From assembly GCA_947625905.1 (NCBI GenBank), contig CANQQJ010000007.1, positions 18,714-82,713 on the forward strand: DNA of 64,000 nt, in the 5' to 3' direction. The position numbers were made by a program, and so were the translations under genes. Positions 28,795 through 38,839 of this stretch are shown piece after piece. Numbering within the stretch: position 1 is the stretch's first letter; the number at the start of each line of letters is the position of its first letter. The notes under the pieces are model-generated. The model searched no databases, was not told where the DNA came from, and was given only the letters and a program-made list of their open reading frames with translations. Source of the stretch: an uncultured Clostridia bacterium (GTDB lineage Bacteria > Bacillota > Clostridia > Monoglobales > Monoglobaceae).

Positions 28795-28839
28795 CCCCTC
28801 TCCGCCCGCAAGCGGGCACCTCTCCCCAAGGGGCGAGGC
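28795..28839 (+). repeat. BoxC-like double-hairpin element, copy 1
   Basis: CCCCTCTCC-GCCCGC-AA-GCGGGC-A-CCTCTCCCC-AA-GGGGCGAGGC. Confidence 0.7.
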
Positions 28840-28841
28840 TC

Positions 28842-29474
28842 TTATCTCAGATAAAAATTATGGCTTCTCTCGTAGCCGACCGTTGTGGATTCGCCGTGGC
28901 CGGGATAAAGCGGCGTGCCGCCGCTCAATACCATCAGTTTTTTCTTTATCGAATTTATCTCGGCCGCCATATCGCCCGTCGGCAGATCAGCTCTGCCGAC
29001 GCTGCCGCAGAACACGGTGTCGCCGCAGAAAACCATGCCGCCAAACTCAAGGCACATGCTGTCTATCGTGTGCCCCGGAGTATAGATGACTTTAAACTTC
29101 TCGTCTCCGAAGGCTATCTCGTCACCGTCCGCAACCGTCTCGTCAGCCGAAAATGTCTCTATCCTGCCGCCGATATCCTCACAGCAGTTTTTCCGCGGGT
29201 CGCCCAACACGTCGACGCCTTTTATGTGGCAGTAAACGGGCGCGCCGGTCATTGATCTGAGGCCCTTCAGCCCGCCGATATGGTCATAGTGGCCGTGGGT
29301 CAGTATTATCAATTCTATATCGCAGCCCTCGTCCTCCGCTGTTTTGTATATGAGCTCGGGCTTGTCGGCGGGGTCGATAACCGCCGCCTTTTTGCGCGCG
29401 GTGTCGCAGAACACATAGCAGTTTGTCGCGACCGGGCCGAGGATCAATCTTTTGATTTTAATATTTCCGTTCAT
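28842..29474 (-). CDS. MBL-fold metallo-hydrolase (glyoxalase II-like)
   Basis: LTHGHYDHIGG, TPGHT, GDT, PGHG. Confidence 0.92.
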   Translation of the reverse strand: MNGNIKIKRLILGPVATNCYVFCDTARKKAAVIDPADKPELIYKTAEDEGCDIELIILTHGHYDHIGGLKGLRSMTGAPVYCHIKGVDVLGDPRKNCCEDIGGRIETFSADETVADGDEIAFGDEKFKVIYTPGHTIDSMCLEFGGMVFCGDTVFCGSVGRADLPTGDMAAEINSIKKKLMVLSGGTPLYPGHGESTTVGYERSHNFYLR

Positions 29475-29489
29475 GTCCGTCCTCCCCGT

Positions 29490-31682
29490 TTAATGCCGCC
29501 GTCTGTTGACCGAAATAATACCGCTCAGGTTCTTGATGTCCTTGATTATTTTGTCAAGCTGGCGGGTGTTCGATATCTGCGCGGTGACCTCCACAATTGC
29601 CAGATCGTTTTTGCCCGTTCTGGCGTTTACGTTTGTTACCGGGGCTTTTGTCTCGTTTATTATATTCATAATGTCGACCAGAAGATTAACTCGGTCCGAG
29701 GCGGTGATGGTTATGGTGGACTTGTACGAAAGCGGTGTTTCGGGATCCTCTATCCAGTGCACCGATATCAATCGACCGCGCTCCAGTTCACTGTTTTGCG
29801 CGTTGATGATGTTGAGGCAATCCGCTCTGTGGATCGCCACTCCTCTGCCTCTGGTCACATAGCCGACAATATCATCGCCCGGGATCGGATTGCAGCAACG
29901 GGAAAAGCGAACCATACAGTTCTCGATACCCTCGACCGCAACGCCGCCCGCGCTGCTCTTGGGGCCCTGCTTGACCTTTATGGGCACTGCCAGTTCCTCG
30001 GGCGTGACCTCGCGCTCAAGCAGGCGTCTGCTCTTTGATTCGGTTATGAAACGATTCACAAAGCGCGTACCGTTCACCCCGCCGAATCCCACGGCGGCGT
30101 ACAGATCGGTTATCTCCTTAAATCCGTACCGCTTGAGCAGCGGATCAACAAAATCCGCATCCTCGATATATTTCTGCGGTATATTATTTTTGGACATCTC
30201 TTTTTCGAGTGCCGTTCTGCCTTTTTCGATATTCTCCTCACGGTTGACCTTTTTGAACCACTGGTTTATCTTGTTGCGCGCCTCGTTGGTCTTGCATATC
30301 TTGAGCCAGTCGATATTGGGGCCGTGAGGCGTGGAGCTTGTGATTATATCCACAAAGTCGCCGTTGCGCAGCTCGTGAGACAGCGGCACGATCTTGCCGT
30401 TGACCTTGGCGCCTATCATCTTGTTTCCGACCGCGCTGTGTATTTTGTACGCGAAATCTATCGGCGTGGAGCCCACCGGCAGGGCCTTGACGTCGCCCTT
30501 CGGCGTGAACACGAAAACCTCGTCGCTGAACATATCTATCTTGAGGGTCTCCATGAACTCGTCGGGATTGGTGGTCTCCTTCTGAAGCTCCAGCAGATTC
30601 TTTATCCAGGCCAGCTTCTCGTCCATATCGTCGGTACCGCTTTTGCCCTCTTTGTACTTCCAGTGGGCCGCGATACCGTTCTCGGCGATTTGGTGCATCT
30701 CCCATGTTCTGATCTGTATCTCAAACGGGGTGCCTCCGGGGCCTATAAGCGTCGAGTGCAGCGACTGGTACATATTCGGCTTGGGCATCGCGATATAATC
30801 CTTGAACCTGCCCGGCATCGGAGTGTACAGCTCGTGCACCATGCCCAGCACCGCGTAACAGTCGGCCACTGTGTCGACTATCACGCGCACCGCAAACAGA
30901 TCATACAGCTCGTCGATCGTCTTGTTCTGCATAAACATCTTTCTGTATATGCTGTAAAAATGCTTGGCTCTGCCGTAGGCGGTCGCCTTGATATTCATTT
31001 CATCAAGCTTCTTTTTGATTATGTCAATGATCTCGCTGATATATTGCTCGCGCTCCTCACGCTTTTGAGCGATATTGTCCACGATCTCATAATAGCCTAT
31101 AGGGTCGATGTAACGAAGCGCCAGATCCTCAAGCTCCATCTTGATCTTCGCCATACCCAAGCGATGAGCCAAAGGCGAGTACACCTCAAGCGTCTCGCGG
31201 GATATCGCGCGCTGGCGGTCCTCCTTCATGAAGCGCAGAGTGCGCATGTTGTGGAGCCTGTCGGCGAGCTTGATTATGATGACGCGCACGTCCTTCGCCA
31301 TTGCGAAAAACATCTTGCGCAGCGTCTCTACCTGCTGCTCCTCTTTTGAGGAATACGGGATTTTGGCCAGCTTTGTAACGCCGTCCACCAGCATGGCGAC
31401 GGTCTCACCGAATTCGCGCACCAGATCTTCTCGAGTGGCCTCGGTATCCTCGACCACGTCGTGAAGCAGTGCGGCGCAGATCGACTCGGTGTCAAATTCC
31501 ATCTCGGCGATGATCGACGCTACCTGAATGGGATGGTTGACAAAAGGCTCGCCCGATTTGCGCTTTTGGCCCTCATGATGCTCAACGGCATAGTGATAAG
31601 CCTTCTCCACCTGGGATAGGTCGCCGTTTTTATTATATTTTCTGATCAAATCAATTAAAGTAGAAAGCTCGTTGCCCTTCAT
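29490..31682 (-). CDS. rel: Bifunctional (p)ppGpp synthetase/hydrolase
   Basis: RKSGEPF, LLHDVVED, KLADRLHN, YQSLH, EIQIRT, HWKYK; TGS, ZFD and ACT domains. Confidence 0.97.
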   Translation of the reverse strand: MKGNELSTLIDLIRKYNKNGDLSQVEKAYHYAVEHHEGQKRKSGEPFVNHPIQVASIIAEMEFDTESICAALLHDVVEDTEATREDLVREFGETVAMLVDGVTKLAKIPYSSKEEQQVETLRKMFFAMAKDVRVIIIKLADRLHNMRTLRFMKEDRQRAISRETLEVYSPLAHRLGMAKIKMELEDLALRYIDPIGYYEIVDNIAQKREEREQYISEIIDIIKKKLDEMNIKATAYGRAKHFYSIYRKMFMQNKTIDELYDLFAVRVIVDTVADCYAVLGMVHELYTPMPGRFKDYIAMPKPNMYQSLHSTLIGPGGTPFEIQIRTWEMHQIAENGIAAHWKYKEGKSGTDDMDEKLAWIKNLLELQKETTNPDEFMETLKIDMFSDEVFVFTPKGDVKALPVGSTPIDFAYKIHSAVGNKMIGAKVNGKIVPLSHELRNGDFVDIITSSTPHGPNIDWLKICKTNEARNKINQWFKKVNREENIEKGRTALEKEMSKNNIPQKYIEDADFVDPLLKRYGFKEITDLYAAVGFGGVNGTRFVNRFITESKSRRLLEREVTPEELAVPIKVKQGPKSSAGGVAVEGIENCMVRFSRCCNPIPGDDIVGYVTRGRGVAIHRADCLNIINAQNSELERGRLISVHWIEDPETPLSYKSTITITASDRVNLLVDIMNIINETKAPVTNVNARTGKNDLAIVEVTAQISNTRQLDKIIKDIKNLSGIISVNRRRH

Positions 31683-32381
31683 GTCGTCGCGTCTCCCTTC
31701 GTCGCAAATTTCTCCGCTTATCGTAAAATACGCAAGCGTATTTTACTCATCGCTACGAATTTGCTCCTCTTTCCCACAAAGCGCACTCCGTTGGCGCTTT
31801 GCGGGAGCCCTGTCTGCCTCGCCTCTTGGCTCGTTCCGACGCAAGCGTCGGAAGCTTCGCCCTTACCGGCGGCATTTATTTGTAGCAATAATTCCGTTTC
31901 ACTCCATTATTGCTCTTTATGTCCGGCGCTGCCGCGCCTCAATCGCATCTAAAACATGCCGCCGGCATGTTTATTAACGATGCTACTCCTCTTCCCAAAA
32001 ACGCAAGCGTTTTCGGGAGCCCTTTTGCACTCCGTTGGCGCTTTGCGGGAGCCCTGTTAACTCCTCTCAGTCAGCTCCGCTGACAGCATTAAGGAAGCTC
32101 TTGGTCAAAATTGCAAGCAATTTTGAAAGATAGCTTTGAACCCGCAAGCAAGCTTGCTGATTATCCCCAAGGGGCTGCCCGTTTGCCTCCTCCCGGGAGG
32201 AGGTGTCAGGCGCAGCCTGACGGAGGTGGGAACGTAGCGATTAGTGATTAGATAATAACGATCAGACCTATGAACGCGGGGATATGCAAACGTTTTTACC
32301 GAATTAACTCCGCGTATTCGCTATTCGCTATTCCCTAATTACTACGTTGGCGCAAGGGCTCTTGTCCCCTGCGCCCTTTTT
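31683..32381. repeat. 700-bp intergenic cluster of hairpins and nested repeat elements
   Basis: About ten inverted repeats, a 31-bp direct repeat (31783-31813 = 32027-32057), a BoxC-like element (32185-32230) and two inverted heptamer arrays (32231-32251, 32315-32348). Confidence 0.8.
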
Positions 32382-34085
32382 TTATCTTGATTCCGTGGGT
32401 CTCATGTCCTTTAGTATCAGTTGCACATTCTGGAATCCTTTGTAGTCGTTTATATCAAGCGCGAACGCAACGTCAACGAAGTCGCCTTCCTCAAAGCTGC
32501 TGTAGTATTCGCCCATGCCGAAGCCCACCGCGTCGAGGTACTTTCCGTCTTTAAAAAGCGTCATTCTCAAATGCTTGCCCTCGCTCATAACGCTGATACG
32601 GTGTATTTTTATATTGCGCACCGAGAATGAAGGCGTGGGATTGTTGACGCCGAACGGCTGAAGTTTGTTTATATCGTGAACGGTGTCAAGCGTTATATAC
32701 GTCACCTTTATCTGAGCGTCCAGCGAGATCTCGGGCACGCGGTTAACGTTGGCTGTGTTTCCCTTGGCGTACTCGTTGATCTTTTTCCTGAATGCTTCAA
32801 TATTGTCCGCCTTTATTGTCAGTCCCGCGGCCAGCTCGTGGCCTCCGAATTTTTCAAGCAGATCCGCGGAATTTTCCAGCGCGCCGAACAAATTGAAGCC
32901 GGTAACGCTCCTTCCGCTGCCCTTGGCCGAATCACCGTCAACGGCAAACAGGATAGACGGCTTATAATACTTCTCTGTTATTTTTGACGAAACTATGCCG
33001 ACTATACCGTGGTGCCAATTTTCATGAGGAATAACCAGAATATCATCGTCCTTGATCTCGGGATGCTGCTCGATATACTCAAGAGCCTCCTTAAACATCT
33101 TCTGCTCGGTCTGTTGGCGCAGAGTGTTCTCGTGGCACAGAGACTCGGCGAGCTCGGCCGCCTTTTCTTTGTCGTCGGTCAAAAACAGCTCAACGCTGGT
33201 CGACGCGCAGCCCAGTCTGCCGCTGGCATTGATCCTGGGCGCTATTGTGTAGCCGATGGTCGAGGTGGTTATCGCTTTACCGTTTGTCGAAACGTCGATA
33301 AGCGCCTTAAGGCCGATATTTTTTGTGGTCTTGAATTTTTTAAGACCCTCGGTTACAATGACGCGGTTCTCATCGATCAGCGGCGAGATGTCCGCCACGG
33401 TGCCGAGACACATCAGATCTGCGTATTCGTTCATAATATTTTCAAGAGGCTCGCTCTTGTTGAGCGCCTGTATAAGCTTAAACACAACGCCCACTCCCGC
33501 GAGACTTTTGAACGGATAAGGGCAGTCCTTGCGCTTGGGGTCGATCGCGGCGTACACGTCCGGGATCGTCTCTTTGCACTCGTGGTGATCGGTTATTATA
33601 AAGTCAAGTCCGATGGACTTGGCGTACTCCGCTTCCTCCACCGCGGTGATTCCCGTGTCAACCGTGATAATGAGCTTGGTGCCGTCGGCTTTGATCTTGT
33701 CCAGCGCCTCTCGGTTAACTCCGTAGCCCTCGACCATTCGGTCAGGAACATAGAACCCGACTTCTATGCCCATTTTTTTGAGCTGCTTATAGAGTATGGC
33801 GATCGAGGTGATGCCGTCCACGTCATAGTCGCCGTAGATCGTTATCTTCTCGTTGTTCTCGCCGGCGGCGAGGATCCTCTCAACCGCTTTGTCCATATCC
33901 TTCATTAAGAACGGATCGTGCAGCTCGCTCAGATCCCTTGACAGGAATTTTCGTATATCTTCATCCTCCCTGATGCCGCGGTTATACAAAATAATAGCCG
34001 TGAGCGGTGAGACCTTAAAGGTCCTGGAAATCTCGAGCACCCTGTTTTTGTCAAACTGTTTAAGAATCCATGTCTTTTTTAGCAT
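32382..34085 (-). CDS. recJ: Single-stranded-DNA-specific exonuclease
   Basis: YGDYDVDG, ITVDTG, TDHH, LGTVAD, PRINASGR, GSGRS, GGHELAAG; start MLKKTW at 34085. Confidence 0.97.
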   Translation of the reverse strand: MLKKTWILKQFDKNRVLEISRTFKVSPLTAIILYNRGIREDEDIRKFLSRDLSELHDPFLMKDMDKAVERILAAGENNEKITIYGDYDVDGITSIAILYKQLKKMGIEVGFYVPDRMVEGYGVNREALDKIKADGTKLIITVDTGITAVEEAEYAKSIGLDFIITDHHECKETIPDVYAAIDPKRKDCPYPFKSLAGVGVVFKLIQALNKSEPLENIMNEYADLMCLGTVADISPLIDENRVIVTEGLKKFKTTKNIGLKALIDVSTNGKAITTSTIGYTIAPRINASGRLGCASTSVELFLTDDKEKAAELAESLCHENTLRQQTEQKMFKEALEYIEQHPEIKDDDILVIPHENWHHGIVGIVSSKITEKYYKPSILFAVDGDSAKGSGRSVTGFNLFGALENSADLLEKFGGHELAAGLTIKADNIEAFRKKINEYAKGNTANVNRVPEISLDAQIKVTYITLDTVHDINKLQPFGVNNPTPSFSVRNIKIHRISVMSEGKHLRMTLFKDGKYLDAVGFGMGEYYSSFEEGDFVDVAFALDINDYKGFQNVQLILKDMRPTESR

Positions 34086-34196
34086 ACCTGTTATATCTCC
34101 CCAAATCAATTAATTTACATAAGAAACAACCATCTAATAATTTTAACATTAGTTCCGCAAAAAATCAACATATTTTTGAAAAAAATATTAATTTTT

Positions 34197-36563
34197 TTAC
34201 TTCACTTCGACCACGGTCACGCCAAGATCGCCCTCGCCGAAACGGCCGGGTCTGAACCTGCGCGCGTGCGGATGGTGCCTTAAATAGTCCTGTATCCCCG
34301 CGCGGAGCGCGCCGGTGCCCTTGCCGTGGATAATGCTTACCTCGCTGAGACCGCTGAGCGCCGCCTCGTCAAGGAACTTGTCTACCTCGAGCTCCGCCTC
34401 GCCTATCGTCATGCCGCGAAGATCGACTTCCGTCCTTCCGCTGCGCTCCGCTTTGACGGTCTGCGCGCGCGGCGGCGTGTAGCTTTTGGGTTTTTCGCCC
34501 TGCTCGTCCTCAAGCACTATCAGGTTCGAAAGCTCGGCGGTTATCTTCATGATCCCCACTTGTATCACCGCCGTCTTGCTGTCTTTATTAATCGACAGCA
34601 CCGAGCCCTTATCGTTGAGATCCATGATCAGCACGTTTGCGCCCGGCTTTAATGTGTTGAGGTTCACGTTGCTCTTTCTGCCGTCGTTTCTGCGGCTCTT
34701 GGGGCGCACGTTTTTCTTTTCCTTGAGCTTAAGCTCTTTGCGCACTTCCTCTATAGCGCGGGCGGTCTCCTTTTCGCGGTTCTCGCGGCGGAGCTTGTTT
34801 ATCTCCTCAAGCATGCGCTCGGTGTCCTCCTGCGCCTGCCTGATGATCTTATCCGCTTTTTCGCGTGCCGAATCGTATATCTTGTCTTTCTTTTTGGTGA
34901 TCTTCTCACGCTCTCGGGCCAGCTCGTTTCTGAGCCGCTGCGCCTCCTGTCTGAGCTTTTCCTGCTCCGCGCGCGCTCTTTCGGCGGACAGGCGGTTCTC
35001 CTCGATAGAGCCCAGCACGTCCTCAAACTTGAGGCTGCCGCGCGACAGCTTATCCTTTGAATTTTCGATTATATCGATCGGAAGGCCCAGCTTTTTCGAG
35101 ATCGCGAAAGCGTTGCTCTTTCCGGGCACGCCGATAAGCAGCTTATACGTTGGGCTAAGCGTCTTTACGTCAAATTCGCAGGACGCGTTCATCACGCCGT
35201 CGGTCTCAATGGCATAGAGCTTCAGCTCGCTGTAGTGGGTGGTGACCGCGATCTTGGCGCCCGCCTGACGCACGCGCTCTATTATCGAGGCCGCCAGCGC
35301 CGCGCCTTCCACCGGGTCGGTGCCCGCGCACAGCTCGTCGAACAGCACAAGCGACTTCGCGTTCATATTCTTTACTATATGCACGATGTTCTTCATGTGT
35401 GACGAGAACGTGGACAGGCTCTGCTCGATGCTCTGCTCGTCGCCTATATCGGCGAACACGTCCTCAAATACCGCCGTTTCGCTCTCCTCGGCGGCGGGGA
35501 TATGCAGACCCGCCATCGCCATCAGACAGAACAGACCTATCGTCTTTAGCACGACCGTCTTGCCTCCGGTATTGGGGCCGGTTATTATGAGCGCGTCAAA
35601 ATCGCCGCCGAGGCGCACGTCCACCGGAACAATTTTGCTCCTGTCTATAAGCGGATGCCTGCCGCGTATTATATTTATCCTGCCGTCGGAGTTGAGCTTC
35701 GGGCAGACCGCCTTCATTTCAAGCGCCAGCCGCGCCTTTGCGAACACGAAATCAAGGTACATGATCGTGTCGTAGTTATATTTGAGCTCATCCGAGATCT
35801 CCGCGGCCTCGGACGAAAGCTCGTAAAATATCCGCTCTATCTCGGTCCTTTCTTTAAGCTCCAGCTCGTGCAGGTCGTTGTTGAGGCTGACCACGCTCTG
35901 GGGCTCGATAAACACGGTGCTGCCGCTTGAGGACATATCGTGGACGATGCCCGGCACATCACTTCGGTGCTCCGCCTTGACCGGGACAACATAGCGGTTG
36001 TTGCGCATGGTGACGATCGCGTCCATCAGATATTTTTTGTAATGCTGAGAGCGCACCATTCCGTCAAGGCTGCTCTTTATCTTCGACGCGGCGTTCTTCA
36101 TCTTTCGTCTGATGTCCGCCAGAGCGGGGCTGGCCGTGTCGGCCACCTCGTCCTCGGATATTATCGAGAGCGTGATCTCGTCCTCGAGGGACTTAAAGCT
36201 TGTCAGCTCCGAAAAATAACCCGAAAGTATTCCCGTCTGCTCCTCGGCACACCGACTGAGCGTCCTTGCGCACCTTAAAACTTTGGCGATATTCAAAAGC
36301 TCGGACGCGCTGAGGCTGCCGCCCACAGCCAGGCGCTTGAGCGAGCCTTCCACCGGCTCCAGCCTCAGGATCTCGGGAAATCCGAATTTTTGAGACATGG
36401 TGACGGCCGCGTCGGTCTCAAGCAGAGCCTGCTCCGCCTCCCGAAGGCTCGGCGACGGTTTCAAATCATCGGCGATATTAGCCGCGCCGTGATTTTTGCA
36501 AAGCGCCGACAGCGATCTTATTATTTTATTAAATTCAAGTATAGACAATGTTTTTTCATTCAT
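34197..36563 (-). CDS. mutS2: MutS2 (endonuclease / ribosome-collision ATPase) with Smr domain
   Basis: TGPNTGGKT, IGDEQSIEQSLSTFSSH, DELCAGTDP; C-terminal DLRG...IIHGKGTG. Confidence 0.96.
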   Translation of the reverse strand: MNEKTLSILEFNKIIRSLSALCKNHGAANIADDLKPSPSLREAEQALLETDAAVTMSQKFGFPEILRLEPVEGSLKRLAVGGSLSASELLNIAKVLRCARTLSRCAEEQTGILSGYFSELTSFKSLEDEITLSIISEDEVADTASPALADIRRKMKNAASKIKSSLDGMVRSQHYKKYLMDAIVTMRNNRYVVPVKAEHRSDVPGIVHDMSSSGSTVFIEPQSVVSLNNDLHELELKERTEIERIFYELSSEAAEISDELKYNYDTIMYLDFVFAKARLALEMKAVCPKLNSDGRINIIRGRHPLIDRSKIVPVDVRLGGDFDALIITGPNTGGKTVVLKTIGLFCLMAMAGLHIPAAEESETAVFEDVFADIGDEQSIEQSLSTFSSHMKNIVHIVKNMNAKSLVLFDELCAGTDPVEGAALAASIIERVRQAGAKIAVTTHYSELKLYAIETDGVMNASCEFDVKTLSPTYKLLIGVPGKSNAFAISKKLGLPIDIIENSKDKLSRGSLKFEDVLGSIEENRLSAERARAEQEKLRQEAQRLRNELAREREKITKKKDKIYDSAREKADKIIRQAQEDTERMLEEINKLRRENREKETARAIEEVRKELKLKEKKNVRPKSRRNDGRKSNVNLNTLKPGANVLIMDLNDKGSVLSINKDSKTAVIQVGIMKITAELSNLIVLEDEQGEKPKSYTPPRAQTVKAERSGRTEVDLRGMTIGEAELEVDKFLDEAALSGLSEVSIIHGKGTGALRAGIQDYLRHHPHARRFRPGRFGEGDLGVTVVEVK

Positions 36564-36575
36564 AAATTTGCTCCC

Positions 36576-36606
36576 AACGCAGCGATTAGTGATTATTAGC
36601 GAATAG
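36576..36606 (+). repeat. Degenerate heptamer array abutting the mutS2 RBS
   Basis: AACGCAGCGATTAGTGATTATTAGCGAATAG. Confidence 0.65.
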
Positions 36607-36715
36607 AAATTTCCGCTATACTGTTTTATATTATACTAAACGGAGGCGCCTTAGTCAACAACAATTTATCACGCGATCACTCGTCTCGTATATAATATAT
36701 CAAGGAGTTGAGTTT

Positions 36716-37087
36716 ATGATCAATCAAATTCTAACAGTATTTATGGGGGTTTTCGCGGTCATAGGGATCATGACGGCGCTGTACGCGGCGACCGAGTCGA
36801 TAGGACGAGCGCGCCGCAAGCGCGAGATCCCGACCGAAGTGGTGATGTTTGTAAGCGCGTCGGACAGAGATAGCGCAGAAGGGGCAGTCCGCGAATACGC
36901 GTCACGCCTGTGCTCGGGGCTGTGCGGCATCAGAGCGGGCGCCCTTTCGGTCGTTATTTCGGGCGAGGGCGATGCGCGCGAATATTTTGAAACAAGAGAA
37001 ATTCTGTCAAAGCTCGAGCGCGACATAAGCATAATAAAGGTTTACACCGAAAGCGATTACATCAAACATATCAAAAGCGGCGCGTAG
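36716..37087 (+). CDS. Hypothetical protein with N-terminal membrane anchor
   Basis: AAGGAG RBS, hydrophobic N-terminus, 123 aa. Confidence 0.6.
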   Translation: MINQILTVFMGVFAVIGIMTALYAATESIGRARRKREIPTEVVMFVSASDRDSAEGAVREYASRLCSGLCGIRAGALSVVISGEGDAREYFETREILSKLERDISIIKVYTESDYIKHIKSGA

Positions 37088-37188
37088 ACCGCCGCTCCGC
37101 ATTAGAGCGCTTGACATAAGGCCGAGATCGGTGTAAAATAAAAAAGACGGTGAGATCGCCGTTAATCCGATTTGCGGGAGACAAGATC

Positions 37189-37581
37189 ATGAAGCCTGTT
37201 ATAATATTTATGAACGTCGGCGAGGGCAAGATAAACAAACTGCGCCCGATACTGAACCTTATGGGGATAGGGATAAAAATAATCGACCAAAGCCGCATGG
37301 GCGACTCGGTCGGATATATCGCGTACCCCGATGAATTTGAAAACAAGCCCGAGCCGAGCGGCGGCGAAAGCTTCGGCGAGGAATTTATGCTGCTCTGCGG
37401 CATGGATCCGAAAAATCTGGACGCCGTTCTGAACTTTATGCGCAAGGGAAAAATGAGCATAGGGCTCAAAGCGATGCTGACCGAGACCAACTCAAGCTGG
37501 ACTCTCGGCCGTCTGATATCCGAAATATCCGCCGAGCGGAAAATGATCGCCGCGAGCCTTAAAAATAAGCGAAGCAAATAA
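37189..37581 (+). CDS. DUF3783-like protein
   Basis: GDSVGYIA...EEFMLLCG...LKAMLTETNSSWT pattern; start MKPV at 37189. Confidence 0.7.
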   Translation: MKPVIIFMNVGEGKINKLRPILNLMGIGIKIIDQSRMGDSVGYIAYPDEFENKPEPSGGESFGEEFMLLCGMDPKNLDAVLNFMRKGKMSIGLKAMLTETNSSWTLGRLISEISAERKMIAASLKNKRSK

Positions 37582-37582
37582 T

Positions 37583-37897
37583 CTAATCGGCGTCCTCGTC
37601 GAGAGCCTCGATCAGAAAGCTGACCGGGCGGAATCCGTCATTGCATGATATCATGGCGGATTTTTTGTTTTTCATCCAGCCGCCGAAAAAATCACCGCCG
37701 CCGCAGGCTAAAGCCATCACAAAAGGCGACATGCTCTCCCACGCGCTCTCGCAAAGCCCCTCGGGCCTCTTGTGGCCGTTCGCGACAAAAACCATGCCCT
37801 CGCGGATATCGCAGGGATGCTCGATCGGGTTCTCGTATTTTTCTATCAAGTCGTCGTATCTCGCCCGCCTCATCACGGTTATCCTGCATTTTTTCAT
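37583..37897 (-). CDS. TIGR04076-family protein
   Basis: CRITV...PEGLCESAW...ISCNDGFRPVSF; start at 37897. Confidence 0.8.
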   Translation of the reverse strand: MKKCRITVMRRARYDDLIEKYENPIEHPCDIREGMVFVANGHKRPEGLCESAWESMSPFVMALACGGGDFFGGWMKNKKSAMISCNDGFRPVSFLIEALDEDAD

Positions 37898-38054
37898 AAT
37901 TTTTCTCACCTCGTTTCTCGTATCAAACAGAAAATCTTTTCTTTATATTTTAATTATAACACAGGCTTCGTTTCGGAACAATACGCAAAATTACCGAGTA
38001 TGCTCAAAGTTTTAAATTTCATTGCCAAAATGTGAAAAATATTCAAATTAATGC

Positions 38055-38083
38055 TTGCTTATTGTAAAAACTTGAGGTATAAT
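38055..38083 (+). promoter_or_regulatory. Sigma-A promoter of eda-kdgK
   Basis: TTGCTT-N17-TATAAT. Confidence 0.65.
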
Positions 38084-38146
38084 ATACATGAAAAATAAAA
38101 AATACGCAAAAGAATTATTTTTAATATTAAATTAGGAGGAGTAAAA

Positions 38147-38794
38147 ATGGATAAACAACAGGTTTTAACGAAAATGACAGACGCGGGTCTGGTTGCGGTC
38201 GTTCGCGCGAGCAGCGCTGAGGACGCTATCAGAATTTCCGACGCATGCCTGGAGGGCGGCTGCCCCTCGATCGAGCTGACATTCACGGTTCCGGGCGCGC
38301 ACAAAGTTATCGAGGCTCTTGCCGCGAAGTACCCCAACGGCGAGATGCTGCTGGGCGCCGGCACGGTCCTGGATTCCGAGACAGCAAGACAGGCAATTCT
38401 CTCGGGCGCCAACTTTATCGTAAGCCCCGGCTTCAACGCCGAGGCCGCAAAACTCTGTAACCGCTACGCGGTGCCCTACATGCCCGGCACAATGACCTTC
38501 ACGGAGATCCTCACCGCTATGGAAGCGGGCGTTGACATCTGCAAGGTATTCCCCGGCGACATCGTGGGTCCCAACTTCATCAAGGACGTTAGAGGTCCTC
38601 TGCCCCAGGCCAAGCTGATGCCCACAGGCGGCGTTGACGTAAACAACGTTGACCAGTGGATCAAGGCGGGCGCTGTTGCCGTAGGCGCGGGCTCGGCTCT
38701 CACAAAGGGCGCCAAGACCGGCGACTATGCCGACATCACAAAGACAGCCAAAGAGTTTATCAAGAACATCAAGGCGGCGCGCGCGGCTCTGTAA
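38147..38794 (+). CDS. eda: KDPG/KHG aldolase
   Basis: IELTFT, GAGTVLD, VSPG, KVFPG, PTGGV. Confidence 0.93.
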   Translation: MDKQQVLTKMTDAGLVAVVRASSAEDAIRISDACLEGGCPSIELTFTVPGAHKVIEALAAKYPNGEMLLGAGTVLDSETARQAILSGANFIVSPGFNAEAAKLCNRYAVPYMPGTMTFTEILTAMEAGVDICKVFPGDIVGPNFIKDVRGPLPQAKLMPTGGVDVNNVDQWIKAGAVAVGAGSALTKGAKTGDYADITKTAKEFIKNIKAARAAL

Positions 38795-38839
38795 GCATTG
38801 ACGCGAATACTTAAATTTTAAAAAAGGAGAATTTTTACA

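Noticed and set aside
31672-31977. Short ORFs (101 aa, 63 aa) or an apt remnant in the recJ-rel gap
   Set aside because: They run through palindromic repeats, lack an RBS and show no phosphoribosyltransferase motif.
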